Assembly (NCBI GenBank): GCA_963666425.2 | Contig: OY762825.2 | Coordinates: forward strand, 512,001-576,000 | Length of the DNA stretch: 64,000 nucleotides | DNA from: Bacillota bacterium | Lineage (GTDB): Bacteria; Bacillota; JAAYKD01 | Direction: 5' to 3' | Part shown: positions 63,898 through 64,000 of the stretch, in pieces | Numbering within the stretch: the stretch's first letter is position 1 | Layout of the letters: each line of letters starts with the position of its first letter | The notes under the pieces: generated by a model | Database searches by the model: none | What the model was told of the DNA's origin: nothing | Seen by the model: only the letters and a program-made list of their open reading frames with translations | Made by a program: the position numbers and the translations under genes

Positions 63898-64000
63898 AAA
63901 TCTCTTTCGCAATGATCTGGGTCACCAATTGATGTTCTTTTTTAAAACGCTCATATTCCGCAAAGGAGCGGAAGGGTTGTTCACGGAAACTGTTTTTTCC
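63896..64000 (-). CDS. 3' end of an unidentified gene entering from beyond the window
   Basis: Open frame GKNSFREQPF...QIIAKEI* ending at the terminator. Confidence 0.4.
   Translation of the reverse strand, partial: GKNSFREQPFRSFAEYERFKKEHQLVTQIIAKEI

Overview
Chromosomal window from an anaerobic Firmicute (Clostridia-like), with almost all genes on the minus strand. 1-8.7 kb is an AT-rich glycan locus: PglF/PglE/PglD/PglC-like genes plus fabD, three tandem ACPs, an SDR and an AAC(3)-family acyltransferase. 8.8-25 kb is an accessory region ending at tRNA-Ala(GGC): SLH proteins, a Ser/Thr kinase, LuxR regulators, a GNAT, an AbiE toxin-antitoxin pair and a REP-associated HUH tyrosine transposase (RAYT). 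25-64 kb is mostly core: priA-def-fmt-rsmB-rlmN-stp-pknB-rsgA-rpe, a Na+-type V-ATPase operon, MATE, PFOR, ECF sigma/anti-sigma, an ARE ABC-F and a GH2. The dominant non-coding signal is about 47 hand-counted copies of a 26-nt GTAG-REP (GTAGGGAAYGGTCTTGACCRTTCCGC) in 8 clusters. They form large composite REPINs with ~20-nt internal minisatellites and G-rich 7-8-nt microsatellites. An IS110 element has inserted exactly at the CT of one REP's CTAC end. Its left non-coding end contains a readable bridge RNA whose target-loop guides match the REP and whose donor-loop guides match its own circle junction. All calls are by eye; no database searches were run.
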